This document shows positions 1 to 9,131 of a stretch of DNA of 38,032 bases, piece by piece (position 1 is the first letter of the stretch; the number at the start of each line of letters is the position of its first letter). The translations under genes were made by a program, and so were the position numbers. The DNA comes from a virus (taxonomy: Duplodnaviria > Caudoviricetes). Below the pieces are notes generated by a model. The model ran no database searches, was not told the origin of the DNA, and saw only the letters and a list, made by a program, of their open reading frames with translations. The stretch is taken from positions 1-38,032 of IMG/VR virus record IMGVR_UViG_3300037755_000547. One strand, 5' to 3'.

Positions 1-190
1 CTCGCCCGCGGCCTCGGCCGCATCAGCATCCCGCAGGTCCACGCCAAGTTTGGCGGCGCGGTCTTCAACCCTGCGATTCAGACCGCCTGGGCCTTGATCC
101 GCCTCGCCCCTGGGATCATCATGGGAATCGCTGGGCTGGCGCTCATCGCGAGCACCCTGCCGGCCGCCTTGGAGATGATCGGAATTTAGG
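1..190 (+). CDS. 3' part of a hydrophobic membrane protein (5' end outside window)
   Basis: Open frame ending ...IIMGIAGLALIASTLPAALEMIGI* (TAG at 187-189) just before the next ATG at 191. Confidence 0.5.
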
Positions 191-400
191 ATGCCTATAA
201 TTGGGAGCACAGACGGGTTGATGCGCGCCCTTCGAAGCACGGTAGAATCCTATTTCGCCACTCCAGAAGGAGCCGCTGCGCAGGCTTCGCTGATCGATGT
301 GATGCGCGAGTCAGCCAAAACCGGAGACAGTGCCCAGCTCGCCAAGGCTGTGCGAGAAGCGATCGAGCCGCTAGCGAAGCCGCTACGAGGCGATCGCTGA
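191..400 (+). CDS. Hypothetical protein (69 aa)
   Basis: ORF tightly packed with neighbours, natural composition. Confidence 0.6.
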   Translation: MPIIGSTDGLMRALRSTVESYFATPEGAAAQASLIDVMRESAKTGDSAQLAKAVREAIEPLAKPLRGDR

Positions 401-413
401 GGATGATCGGGCT

Positions 414-737
414 ATGAGCGACACGGAACAGTCCGCCAGCGACGTGAGCGCGGACCTCACCGAAGCGGCCGTAGAAAAGCTTGCTGGCGAGATCCATAAG
501 CAGTCCCGCTTCGTGGAAGAGATCAAGACGGCTCTCGCTGAGATGAACGCGGAGAAGTGCGTGCTCATCGTAAGCGCAGCCGAAAGGCTGGTCGCGACCA
601 CAAACGTGGTTCGCGACCTCGCTCGCGACTTGTCGCTGACCCTTGTCAGGGTAGGAACTGGCGTCTTGATGCCTGGAATCGCAATCGTAGCATGCGAGGA
701 CAATGCCCGTCCCGTTAGGCTCCCCAATGACCCCTAA
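414..737 (+). CDS. Hypothetical protein (107 aa)
   Basis: GAGGA upstream; natural-looking protein in operon context. Confidence 0.65.
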   Translation: MSDTEQSASDVSADLTEAAVEKLAGEIHKQSRFVEEIKTALAEMNAEKCVLIVSAAERLVATTNVVRDLARDLSLTLVRVGTGVLMPGIAIVACEDNARPVRLPNDP

Positions 738-870
738 GCAGCAGTGCGGGATCATCCTGATGCACACTCGCGTCGAGCCCCGCGCCTATTGCGACGTCTG
801 CGCTTGGGAGGACTGGCTGTCGAAGATGGTCCGCCACGGCTCACTGCTGGTCTGTGACAGATGCCAGTGA
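727..870 (+). CDS. Small Zn-finger protein (47 aa; alternative start 760)
   Basis: Manual translation MTPKQQCGIILMHTRVEPRAYCDVCAWEDWLSKMVRHGSLLVCDRCQ*, two CxxC pairs; GTGA overlap with terS. Confidence 0.55.
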   Translation: MTPKQQCGIILMHTRVEPRAYCDVCAWEDWLSKMVRHGSLLVCDRCQ

Positions 871-881
871 CCCCTAAGCAG
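728..881 (+). repeat. 14-bp direct repeat TGACCCCTAAGCAG (728-741, 868-881)
   Basis: Exact match read from sequence; both copies encode a start plus TPKQ. Confidence 0.85.
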
Positions 882-1280
882 GCCCGCTTCGTGGAAGAGT
901 ACCTGACCGACCTGAATGCGACGCAGGCTGCGATCCGGGCGGGCTACAGCAAGAAGACGGCCGAACAACTAGGCTATCAGCTGCTTCACAAAACTTCAGT
1001 TGCTGAAGCGATTGAGAAGGCCCGCGCGAAGCTCTCAGAAAAGACCGAGATCACGCAGGAGTATGTGCTTAGGCGCCTGAAGCGCGAAGCCGAGCTGGAG
1101 GGCGATGGCGCATCTCACAGCGCGCGTGTGTCCGCGCTCGAGAAGCTCGGCAAGCACCTGAAGATGTTCACTGACGTTTCGGAGATCAACCCGAGCGAAG
1201 CGCTGATGGAGCTGCTCGGAATGACCGCGGCGCCTCGCGCGCTGACAAATGACGCTGCAGCTTCCGAAAGCCGCCATTGA
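861..1280 (+). CDS. terS: Terminase small subunit (start 861 ATG or 867 GTG)
   Basis: TPKQARFVEEYLTDLNATQAAIRAGYSKKTA...LEKLGKHL, the Terminase_2 signature. Confidence 0.95.
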   Translation: MPVTPKQARFVEEYLTDLNATQAAIRAGYSKKTAEQLGYQLLHKTSVAEAIEKARAKLSEKTEITQEYVLRRLKREAELEGDGASHSARVSALEKLGKHLKMFTDVSEINPSEALMELLGMTAAPRALTNDAAASESRH

Positions 1281-2877
1281 GCGCTTACGCGATTGGCGCT
1301 GGCGGCTCGACAACCTCTACACGGTAACGAACGAGAGCGGACGCAAGGTCCCGTTTCGCCTAAGACCGGCGCAGCGGGACATGATGGACCGGGCGCACAC
1401 CCGGAATTTGATCCTGAAGAGCCGCCAGCGCGGTTTCACCACGCTCTGGGCCCTCTTCGGCCTGGACCAATGCCTGTTCCACGACGACACCAGCGCGCTC
1501 TTCATCGCGCAGGACGTGGTGAAGGCGGAAGACACGTTCACCCTGAAGATCAGGGGCGGCTATGACGAGCTGCCCGGCGCGCTCAGGAAGGCCCGGACGG
1601 CCAAGACGGACAGCACGCGCCAGCTGGCCTTTAACAACCGCTCGCGCATCCGGGTCGACACATCTGGCCGCGGCGGCACGAACCAGATCCTGCACGTCAG
1701 CGAGCTCGGCAAGATCGCAGCGAAGTGGCCCGAGAAGGCGCGCGAGATCAAATCGGGAGCGCTGCCCTCGGTTCCATCGGACGGCGTGGTGGCGATCGAG
1801 AGCACGGCGGAAGGCCAGGCCGGGCTCTTCTACGAGATGTGCCAGCAGAGCCAGGAGCGAAGCCTGCAGCCGGAGCCTTTGAGCCCGCTCGAGTTCAAGT
1901 TCTTCTTCTACCCGTGGTGGGGCGAGGAGCGATACCGGGTCGACCCGACGCACACGATCGTTCCGGGCGAGCTCAACCGCTATTTCGACGCGCTGGAAGA
2001 CCAGCTGAACGACCTGATTGAGGCCAAGCGTGCGCCGGAGTGGCTCCAGGCAGAGGCCAAGCACACGCGTGATGCTCCGGGCTGGGTCAAGCTCGATGCC
2101 GCCCAGCGGGCTTGGTACGCGCTCACAGCCGCCCAGCAGGGCGACGACATGAAGCGGGAGTATCCGGCCACGCCAGACGAAGCGTTCGAGGCGAGCATCG
2201 AGGGAGCCTTCTACAAGAAGGAGCTGGCGCGCGCGGTGCAGCAGGTCCGCTACGCGGATTTCCCGTACGATCCGAAGCTCGGGGCGGCGTGGACCTTCCA
2301 CGACATCGGGCGGGGCGTTCACGCATGCTGGTGGGCGCAGAGAGACAAGGGCTACTGGAGATTCTTCCTCTACCGTGAGTGGCATCACGGCGGCGTCTCA
2401 GACACGGCGCGCATCCTCCAGGAGGAGCGCAGCACGCGCGGACTCACCTACGCCCGCCACATGCTGCCCCACGATGGCACGACGAAGGACTGGAGCGCTG
2501 ACCTCAGCCGCGCCGACGAGCTCGCAAGCCGGCTCGGCGTGACGCGCGACATGATCGATGTCGTCCCACGCACCAAGGACGTGTTCGCCGACCACCAGAC
2601 GGTCAAGAACTTCATCGACCTGAGCCGGTTCGATCGGCAGGGCGCGGCTGAGGGCTGGACCTGCCTGTCGAGCTACAAGCGCGCCTACAGCGACACGCTC
2701 GGCGCCTACCTGGAAAAAGAACATGAGGGTCCCGAGATCCACGGCGCGGATGCATACCGCACGGCCGCGATGGCTGACTTCCACGGCATGATCATAGACG
2801 AGGGCTATCTCGCCAGTGCAGAGCGCCAGTGGTCGCGCAGCGCCGACGAGGGCCGCAATAGGACAACGGGGTACTGA
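1249..2877 (+). CDS. terL: Terminase large subunit
   Basis: Walker A ILKSRQRGFTT, Walker B LHVSE, ESTAEG motif, nuclease motifs FHDIG and HGADAYR. Confidence 0.95.
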   Translation: MTLQLPKAAIERLRDWRWRLDNLYTVTNESGRKVPFRLRPAQRDMMDRAHTRNLILKSRQRGFTTLWALFGLDQCLFHDDTSALFIAQDVVKAEDTFTLKIRGGYDELPGALRKARTAKTDSTRQLAFNNRSRIRVDTSGRGGTNQILHVSELGKIAAKWPEKAREIKSGALPSVPSDGVVAIESTAEGQAGLFYEMCQQSQERSLQPEPLSPLEFKFFFYPWWGEERYRVDPTHTIVPGELNRYFDALEDQLNDLIEAKRAPEWLQAEAKHTRDAPGWVKLDAAQRAWYALTAAQQGDDMKREYPATPDEAFEASIEGAFYKKELARAVQQVRYADFPYDPKLGAAWTFHDIGRGVHACWWAQRDKGYWRFFLYREWHHGGVSDTARILQEERSTRGLTYARHMLPHDGTTKDWSADLSRADELASRLGVTRDMIDVVPRTKDVFADHQTVKNFIDLSRFDRQGAAEGWTCLSSYKRAYSDTLGAYLEKEHEGPEIHGADAYRTAAMADFHGMIIDEGYLASAERQWSRSADEGRNRTTGY

Positions 2878-3098
2878 TGGACACTTGGCGCAATCCGCTC
2901 GACGGCAAAGGAGTCGTAGGACCGCCGCCTCAAGCGTTTGAGGTCGGCTCGTTCATCGCGTCGTATACTGCGATCGGTCCGGTCAACGGGTTCGATCCCG
3001 CGGAGTGGACGTTCGGGCCTCTGACGCAGGATCAGGTCGATCTGCTGCACTGGCTTGAGCGCAGGAACTACGCTTGGTCCCAGGCGGGATTGGGTTGA
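2877..3098 (+). CDS. Hypothetical protein (73 aa)
   Basis: TGATG coupling at both ends. Confidence 0.65.
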   Translation: MDTWRNPLDGKGVVGPPPQAFEVGSFIASYTAIGPVNGFDPAEWTFGPLTQDQVDLLHWLERRNYAWSQAGLG

Positions 3099-3316
3099 TG
3101 GACGCCTGGGCCTGGAGCAAGCGCGTCGGCGAACTGCTGGCGGAGATGGACGGGGCCAAAGGCCTGCTCGTCGTCGCGGTCACGAGCGAGCCGGCGGAGG
3201 AGATCGCCGAGCGCCACGGGCTGCGCCTCGTCACGGTCAACGGCGGCGTCTTGAAGGCTGGCGCCTTCCTGGTCACGACCGACAAGGAAGCGCGCGGCGG
3301 CGCGATCGATGGCTGA
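3098..3316 (+). CDS. Hypothetical protein (72 aa)
   Basis: TGATG coupling at 3096-3100; overlaps portal start. Confidence 0.65.
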   Translation: MDAWAWSKRVGELLAEMDGAKGLLVVAVTSEPAEEIAERHGLRLVTVNGGVLKAGAFLVTTDKEARGGAIDG

Positions 3317-5537
3317 CGAGTACGAGGTCGACGACCTGTACGAGGACGACCCCGAGCAGACCGAAGAACAGCCGCTGGCCTGGGAGCAGATCGAAGACCT
3401 CGCCACCGGCGAGAACGTCACCGAGATCATCCTAGGCGACCATCGCGGCGAAAAGCTGATCGATGGGCTCAAGTCGTGCATGCTGGATGGCTTCCGCCTC
3501 GACAAGGCCAGCCGCACCGATTGGGAGCAGAGCGCCCGCGACGGCCTGAAGCTGATCGCGGCGAAAGGCGGCAAGAAAACCTTCCCGTTCGACGGGGCGA
3601 GCAACGTCAAGTTCCCGACCCTGCAGGACGCGGTGGTGCAGTTCTGGGCGAGAGCCATCACGGCGCTGATCCAGGACGATCGGGTGGTGAAGGCGAAGAT
3701 CGTCGGGCCCGATCCGGAGGGCGCAAAGCGCAAGCGCGCCGAGCGCGTGAGCGAGCATCTCTCCTATCAGGCGATCGAGATCAGCAAGTCGTGGCGCTCC
3801 GACATGAGCGCGCTGCTGATGCAGTACCCGGCCGTTGGCCACGCCTTCAAGAAGGTCTACTGGGCGCGCGACAGCAAGAACCCTGAAGGCGATTTCTGCT
3901 CGGCGCTGGACGTCTACGTGAACCAGGGCGCCCGGAGCCTCGAGCGCTGCCCGCGCATCACCTACCGCTACCCGCTCTATCCTTACGAGATCGAGGAGAA
4001 GATGCGGGACGGCCGCTTCCGCCGTGTCGATCTCGGCGACGCCGATGAGCTGAAGCAGGAGCCGCGCCACCAGCTCGAGGCGACGCTCCGCTACGACATG
4101 GACGGCGACGGCCTCGCCGAGCCGTGGATCGTCACGATCGACGAGAAATCCGAGCAGGTCGTCCAGGTGCTCGCGAACTTCGCGCCCGAGGACATCCAGC
4201 GCGAGATGATGAACGTGCCCATGCCGGTGTTCGACCCGGCGACCATGCAGCCCGTGGCTGACCCCATGACGGGTCAGCCGATGACGCAGATGCAGGAGAT
4301 GCCTCTCGGCGACGTGCTCCGCGTCGAGGAGCAGAAGTACTGGGTCGACTACAAGTTCCTGGACGATCCGGATGGCGGCTACTACGGGATCGGCCTCGCC
4401 AAGCTCTTAGAGAACCTGCAGAGCGCGATCGACACCGCGATCAATCAGCTGATCGACGCGGCCACGCTGCAGAACGCCGGCGGCGGCTTCGTCGGCCGCG
4501 GGGTGAACCTAAACGAGCGCGGCGGCGAGATCCGCATGCGTCCCGGCCTCTGGCAGACGCTCAACGCGCCTGGCGCGGTGATCCGCGACGCGATGGTCCC
4601 GCACGAGCACGCCGGCCCGAGCCAGGCGCTCTTCAACGTGCTCGGGCTGCTGATCGACACGAGCAAGACCACGGCGATGGTGCTGGACGTGCTGACCGGG
4701 GAGGCCCCGAGCCAGCAGCCGGCGACCACGACGATCGCGCTGATCGAGCAGGGCCTTCAGGTGTTCGGCGCCATCTTCATCAACCTCTGGCGCGGCCAGC
4801 AGGAAGAATACCGCATCCGCATGCGCTTGAACGCGCTCTACCTGGACGACGAAGCCTACCGCGCCGTGGTGGACGATCCGACGGCTTCGGCGAAGGCCGA
4901 CTACTCGCACGCCGACTGCGATGTCGTGCCGGTGGCCGACCCGCGTCAGGTCACCAGCATGCAGAAGATGGCCCGCGCACAGTTCCTGCGCGAGCACATC
5001 GGCATGCCGGGGATCAACAACGAGGAAATCTACCGGCGCACGTTCGAGGCCGCGGGGATCGAGGAGCCTGACGCGCTGCTGGCCCCGCCCGATCCGATGC
5101 AGATCGAGGCGATGAAGCTCGAGATGGCGAAGCTCGCGAGCGAGATCGCCAAGAACATGGCCGAGGCGCTGGCGAAGAAGGCCGGCGCGGTCAAGTCGAT
5201 CGCCGACGCCGAGTCGGCCGAGGCGGGGGCGAACATCGCCGAGTACACGCAGGTCCTGCAGATGATCGCGACGCTCTTCGCGGCCACCAATCCGGGGATG
5301 ATGAATGGACAAGCTGCCGGCCCCGCCCAAGCGGGAGGATTGGCTGCTCTGGTGGGACAACCCAACGGGGCGATGGCTCCGGGCGGGCCTTCGGGCCTAC
5401 GCGGTGGAGAAGCGGGCGGAGCGCTCGGCGCTGGCGGAATCCCAGGCCAGGGGGGCAACCCCGGACGCGGCAATGGTGCTTACGGCGGAGCAGGCGTGCC
5501 TGACGGCGGAAGCTCAGGTGGCGGACCAGCTTTCTGA
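3309..5537 (+). CDS. Portal protein
   Basis: 742 aa after TerL; PFDGASNVKFP, GHAFKKVYW, GYYGIG, NQLIDAATLQN, ATTTIALIEQG motifs of P22-like portals. Confidence 0.92.
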   Translation: MADEYEVDDLYEDDPEQTEEQPLAWEQIEDLATGENVTEIILGDHRGEKLIDGLKSCMLDGFRLDKASRTDWEQSARDGLKLIAAKGGKKTFPFDGASNVKFPTLQDAVVQFWARAITALIQDDRVVKAKIVGPDPEGAKRKRAERVSEHLSYQAIEISKSWRSDMSALLMQYPAVGHAFKKVYWARDSKNPEGDFCSALDVYVNQGARSLERCPRITYRYPLYPYEIEEKMRDGRFRRVDLGDADELKQEPRHQLEATLRYDMDGDGLAEPWIVTIDEKSEQVVQVLANFAPEDIQREMMNVPMPVFDPATMQPVADPMTGQPMTQMQEMPLGDVLRVEEQKYWVDYKFLDDPDGGYYGIGLAKLLENLQSAIDTAINQLIDAATLQNAGGGFVGRGVNLNERGGEIRMRPGLWQTLNAPGAVIRDAMVPHEHAGPSQALFNVLGLLIDTSKTTAMVLDVLTGEAPSQQPATTTIALIEQGLQVFGAIFINLWRGQQEEYRIRMRLNALYLDDEAYRAVVDDPTASAKADYSHADCDVVPVADPRQVTSMQKMARAQFLREHIGMPGINNEEIYRRTFEAAGIEEPDALLAPPDPMQIEAMKLEMAKLASEIAKNMAEALAKKAGAVKSIADAESAEAGANIAEYTQVLQMIATLFAATNPGMMNGQAAGPAQAGGLAALVGQPNGAMAPGGPSGLRGGEAGGALGAGGIPGQGGNPGRGNGAYGGAGVPDGGSSGGGPAF

Positions 5538-5598
5538 GATGAAATACGAGTCGGTGTGCTCTTTGAACGGACAGAAGGAACGCGATGACGACGATTGA
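5305..5598 (+). CDS. Small post-portal phage protein overprinted on the portal 3' end (97 aa)
   Basis: EDWLLWWDNPTGRW resembles the WxxxPxT motif of post-portal genes; GGGGA upstream; overlaps the groES start. Confidence 0.65.
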   Translation: MDKLPAPPKREDWLLWWDNPTGRWLRAGLRAYAVEKRAERSALAESQARGATPDAAMVLTAEQACLTAEAQVADQLSEMKYESVCSLNGQKERDDDD

Positions 5599-5971
5599 GA
5601 ACAAGAGCGGCATCTGGCCCACGAGCTATTGCGTGCTGATCGAGCAAGACAAGACGCCGCGGCGGGTAGGCTCAATTCTGCTGGCCGATCACTCGAAGGA
5701 CAAGCTGGACGGTGGGATACAGCGCGGCCGGATCATCGCCATGAGCCCGATCGCGTTTGACTTTGCGCAGTGGCCGGACCGCGGCGCCAGCCACTTCCAG
5801 CGCAAGCCGGAGGTGGGCGACTACATCCACTTCCGCCGCTACTCGCGGGCCGAGTGCGAGGGCGCCGACGGCGAAACCTACTGGATGATCCAGGACAAGG
5901 AGCTGCAGGCGATCCTCGATCCGGTGGCGTTCGGCATCGAAACCGAGAAGGGGGCGCGCAATGCCGCCTGA
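5585..5971 (+). CDS. groES: GroES-like co-chaperonin
   Basis: PTSYCVLIE, GSILL, GRIIAM, VGDYIHFRRY, YWMIQDKELQAIL match the Cpn10 pattern; AAGGA RBS. Confidence 0.85.
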   Translation: MTTIENKSGIWPTSYCVLIEQDKTPRRVGSILLADHSKDKLDGGIQRGRIIAMSPIAFDFAQWPDRGASHFQRKPEVGDYIHFRRYSRAECEGADGETYWMIQDKELQAILDPVAFGIETEKGARNAA

Positions 5972-7016
5972 TCCAGCCCCCGAGACGCCCGCGCCGAAGA
6001 ACTACTTCGCACCGGACAAGAGCACATTCGATGTGGACCTCAAGATTGCCGAAGAAGAGCCGGCGGCGGCGGACGAAACCCCGCCCCAGGAGCCCGAAGA
6101 GCCAGCCGCTGCGCCAGTCGCCGCTAATGACGACTCCGAAGAGGACAGGACCCGCGCCTCGGCTCTAGGCTGGAAAGACCCGGCCACGGCGCCGACGCCG
6201 ACCACCGCCAAGGGCGAGCCTTGGCTCAAGGCGCGCGAGTTCCTCGACCGGTTCGACCCGCAGAAGCTCTACAAGCGCATCGACGAGATCACCCGGACCG
6301 TCGATCGGCGCGTGGAGCAGCGCGTCCGCGGCGAGCTCGAGACCGTGCGCCCGCAGATTCAGAGCGTCATCAAGCACAACCGCGATCAGCTCGCCGGTCG
6401 CTACCGCGGCTGGGTCGCCGAGGCTCCGGACCGCAACGAAAGCCTTGCCCGCCAAGCGGATATGGACAAGGCGCTCGGCGCGTTCGACGCGAAGTTCGGC
6501 GGTCCGGCCGCTGCGCCTGCAGCTCCAGCGCCGGCGGCTCCCGCAGCCGAGCAGCCGAGCTTTTCGTCCGACATGGTCGAAGCGCATGCGAAGTTCGTGG
6601 CCGGAAACAAGGCCTGGTTCGGCAAGAACAGCGGCATGACCGAGCGCGCGAAGGAAATCGCCACCGAGGTCGATGCAGCGTTGCCAGCCGCCACGCAGTT
6701 CGCCGAGATCGAGCGCCGCATGCGCGAGGAATACGGCGATCACCCCGCGTTCCGGCAGGCGCCAGTGGCTGCACCTGCAGCCCCAGCCGCGCCCGCACAG
6801 CCTGCCGCCCGCAAGGCGCCCGACATCTCCGGCGCTCCCCGCCGGGGGACGAATGGCGCAGGCGGAGGGTGGGCGCCGCTCCCGTCTGCGGCCAAGGCCA
6901 TGTTCAAGAACGTGCACGTGCCGGCCGGGTTCTTCGAAGACACCGACAAGGACCGTGAGCGCTACGCCAAGCAGATCGAGGAAGACACCCCTGAAAAGCG
7001 AGGGTTCAACATATGA
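5961..7016 (+). CDS. Putative scaffolding protein
   Basis: Position before the capsid genes; acidic N-terminus, LGWK, helical core, NKAWF motif. Confidence 0.75.
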   Translation: MPPDPAPETPAPKNYFAPDKSTFDVDLKIAEEEPAAADETPPQEPEEPAAAPVAANDDSEEDRTRASALGWKDPATAPTPTTAKGEPWLKAREFLDRFDPQKLYKRIDEITRTVDRRVEQRVRGELETVRPQIQSVIKHNRDQLAGRYRGWVAEAPDRNESLARQADMDKALGAFDAKFGGPAAAPAAPAPAAPAAEQPSFSSDMVEAHAKFVAGNKAWFGKNSGMTERAKEIATEVDAALPAATQFAEIERRMREEYGDHPAFRQAPVAAPAAPAAPAQPAARKAPDISGAPRRGTNGAGGGWAPLPSAAKAMFKNVHVPAGFFEDTDKDRERYAKQIEEDTPEKRGFNI

Positions 7017-7588
7017 GCGACGCATCCGGCACAGAAGAGCCTCGCTCGCAGCGGCCGCGCCGGCGCGCTGAGGCGCTGGACGAGCGCGACGGCCTGCGTC
7101 CCGTGGATGGCCCGGCGGCGGGCCCCAGCGAGGCCGCCCGAGGCCGGGAGCCCCGCCTCGAGGAGGAGCGCCGCGAGCGCCGCGCCAGACTGGACACGCT
7201 CGACGGCGACTATCGCTACAACCTGATCGTGACGGTCCCGCAGGACCACGCGACCTTCGCCTACTGCTGGGAGCTCGACGAGCCCGGCCGCCTCCAATTC
7301 CTCGAGGCGCGAGATTGGGACAGGACGCCAGGACAGGCGCCGATCCATGCCTACAACGACGGGCTGACGCCCGTCCACTACGTGCTGATGCAGAAGTTCC
7401 GCGACTGGCATGAAGACGACGAACGTCGCCGCGCCACGCGGGAGAGGGCGCATCTCGACGAGATCCGCCGCTCCAAGCCGGCCGAGGACTTCGGGAAAAC
7501 GCCCGACGGCCGCTCCGCCCAATACACCCGCAACGCGCGCGGCGAGGATATCGGCGTCTCGATAGAGACCCGCAACACACCGCGCTGA
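7013..7588 (+). CDS. Conserved head-module hypothetical protein
   Basis: ATGA overlap; YCWELDEPGRL...DW and LMQK motifs typical of this gene position. Confidence 0.75.
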   Translation: MSDASGTEEPRSQRPRRRAEALDERDGLRPVDGPAAGPSEAARGREPRLEEERRERRARLDTLDGDYRYNLIVTVPQDHATFAYCWELDEPGRLQFLEARDWDRTPGQAPIHAYNDGLTPVHYVLMQKFRDWHEDDERRRATRERAHLDEIRRSKPAEDFGKTPDGRSAQYTRNARGEDIGVSIETRNTPR

Positions 7589-7607
7589 CCTCAAGGACTT
7601 TCCAGAA

Positions 7608-8198
7608 ATGGCGAACCTGAACGCACCCTATGGGCTGCGTCCAGTGAATGCGAACGGCCGCCCCTGGGAGGGGGCGCTGTCGCGGTATCACGTGGACGCA
7701 GGCGACGGGACGGCCCTCTACAAGGGCGATCCCGTCAAGCTCACCACCACAGCACCGACAGACACCCGCCACGGCATCGTCAGCGACGTGATCCGTGCAG
7801 CCGCCGGCGATCCCATCGTCGGCGTCTTCATGGGCCTCGCGCAGCCGAGCCTTACGGCTGGAGGCTTGATGTACCGGGCGGCGTTGACGGCGGCCTACTG
7901 CCTCGTCTGCGACGACCCTGACGTCTACTTCCTGGTGCAGGAGGACAGCGTGACCGCCGCCATGGCGGTCACCGACTGCGGCAAGAACATCAACCTCGTC
8001 GCCGGGACCGGATCAGCCGTGACCGGCCTCTCGGGGTTCATGCTCGACTCCAACACGGCCGATACGGCCAACACGCTCGACTTCCAGGTGATCCGTCTCG
8101 CGCCAATGCCGAACAACATCATCGGCAACTACGCGCAGTGGATCGTGAAGCCGAACACCCATCAGCGCGCGCACGACGTGACGGGCGTGGGGGATTGA
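7608..8198 (+). CDS. Putative capsid decoration/stabilisation protein
   Basis: MANLNAPYGLRPV start, GDPV and IVGVFMG; immediately precedes the major capsid gene. Confidence 0.75.
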   Translation: MANLNAPYGLRPVNANGRPWEGALSRYHVDAGDGTALYKGDPVKLTTTAPTDTRHGIVSDVIRAAAGDPIVGVFMGLAQPSLTAGGLMYRAALTAAYCLVCDDPDVYFLVQEDSVTAAMAVTDCGKNINLVAGTGSAVTGLSGFMLDSNTADTANTLDFQVIRLAPMPNNIIGNYAQWIVKPNTHQRAHDVTGVGD

Positions 8199-8201
8199 TC
8201 C

Positions 8202-9119
8202 ATGACCATCACTCGTTCGGACTTCGTCAAGTTCCTGAAGCCTGGGATCAACGAGATCTTCGGCATCAACTACCGGGAGGAGGCCCAGCAGTTCACCAAG
8301 GTCTTCACCCTCGATAAGGGCACCTCCGCCGCCTACGAAGAGGATGTGCTCGTCCCCGGCTTCGGCCTCGCCTCCGTCAAGGATGAGACGGGCTCGATCG
8401 TCTACGACACCCATCAGCAAGGGTACGTCGCCCGCTACGACCACGTGGTCTACGGGCTCGGGTTCAAGGTCTCCCGCGAAGAGATCGACGACAACAAATA
8501 CCCGAAGCTGGTGAAGTTCCGCTCCGCGGCCTTGGGCAACTCGATGCGCAAGACCAAGGAAGTGATCCACGCGGCGATTCTCAACAATGCGTTCGATTCG
8601 ATCTACACGATGGGCTCGAACTCTGACGCAAAAGAGCTGTGCGCCACCGATCACCCCTCGATCAATGGAACCTGGAGCAATGAGCTGGGGACGCCGGCCG
8701 CGCTCGGGGAGAAGGCCATCGAGGACCTGACGACGCAGATTCGGCAGAATCTCGACGAGCGCGGACTGCGCTCCGGGATCATGCCGAGGAAGCTCGTCGT
8801 GCCGGCCGCGCTCGAGTGGAAAGCCGCCCGGATCATGAACAGCAGGCTGCAGTCGGGCACGGCGAACAACGACCCCAACGCCCTTCGCGACAGCAACCGC
8901 ATCTCCGAGGGCTTCTTCGTCTACGACTACCTGACGAGCAGCTCGCGCTGGTTCATCCTGACCGACTGCGATCACGGCCTGAAGCGCTTCCAGCGCCGCT
9001 CGCCCGAGATCAGCGAAGACAACGACTTCGATACGGAAAACGTGAAGTTCAAGGCGGTCGAGCGCTACGTCGCCGGCTGGTCGAACCCGCGCGGCGTGTT
9101 CGCCTCGGCAGCGGCGTAA
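8202..9119 (+). CDS. Major capsid protein (Mu gpT-like, HK97 fold)
   Basis: LKPGINEIFG, PRKLVVPAAL, ANNDPN, YDYLT..WFILTD, KAVERY.GWSNPRGV. Confidence 0.92.
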   Translation: MTITRSDFVKFLKPGINEIFGINYREEAQQFTKVFTLDKGTSAAYEEDVLVPGFGLASVKDETGSIVYDTHQQGYVARYDHVVYGLGFKVSREEIDDNKYPKLVKFRSAALGNSMRKTKEVIHAAILNNAFDSIYTMGSNSDAKELCATDHPSINGTWSNELGTPAALGEKAIEDLTTQIRQNLDERGLRSGIMPRKLVVPAALEWKAARIMNSRLQSGTANNDPNALRDSNRISEGFFVYDYLTSSSRWFILTDCDHGLKRFQRRSPEISEDNDFDTENVKFKAVERYVAGWSNPRGVFASAAA

Positions 9120-9131
9120 GGGGAGACGGCC

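Noticed and set aside
2875-3109. TGATGGAC..TGG similarity at two adjacent gene starts as another cassette repeat
   Set aside because: Only 12/14 identity, largely explained by stop-start coupling
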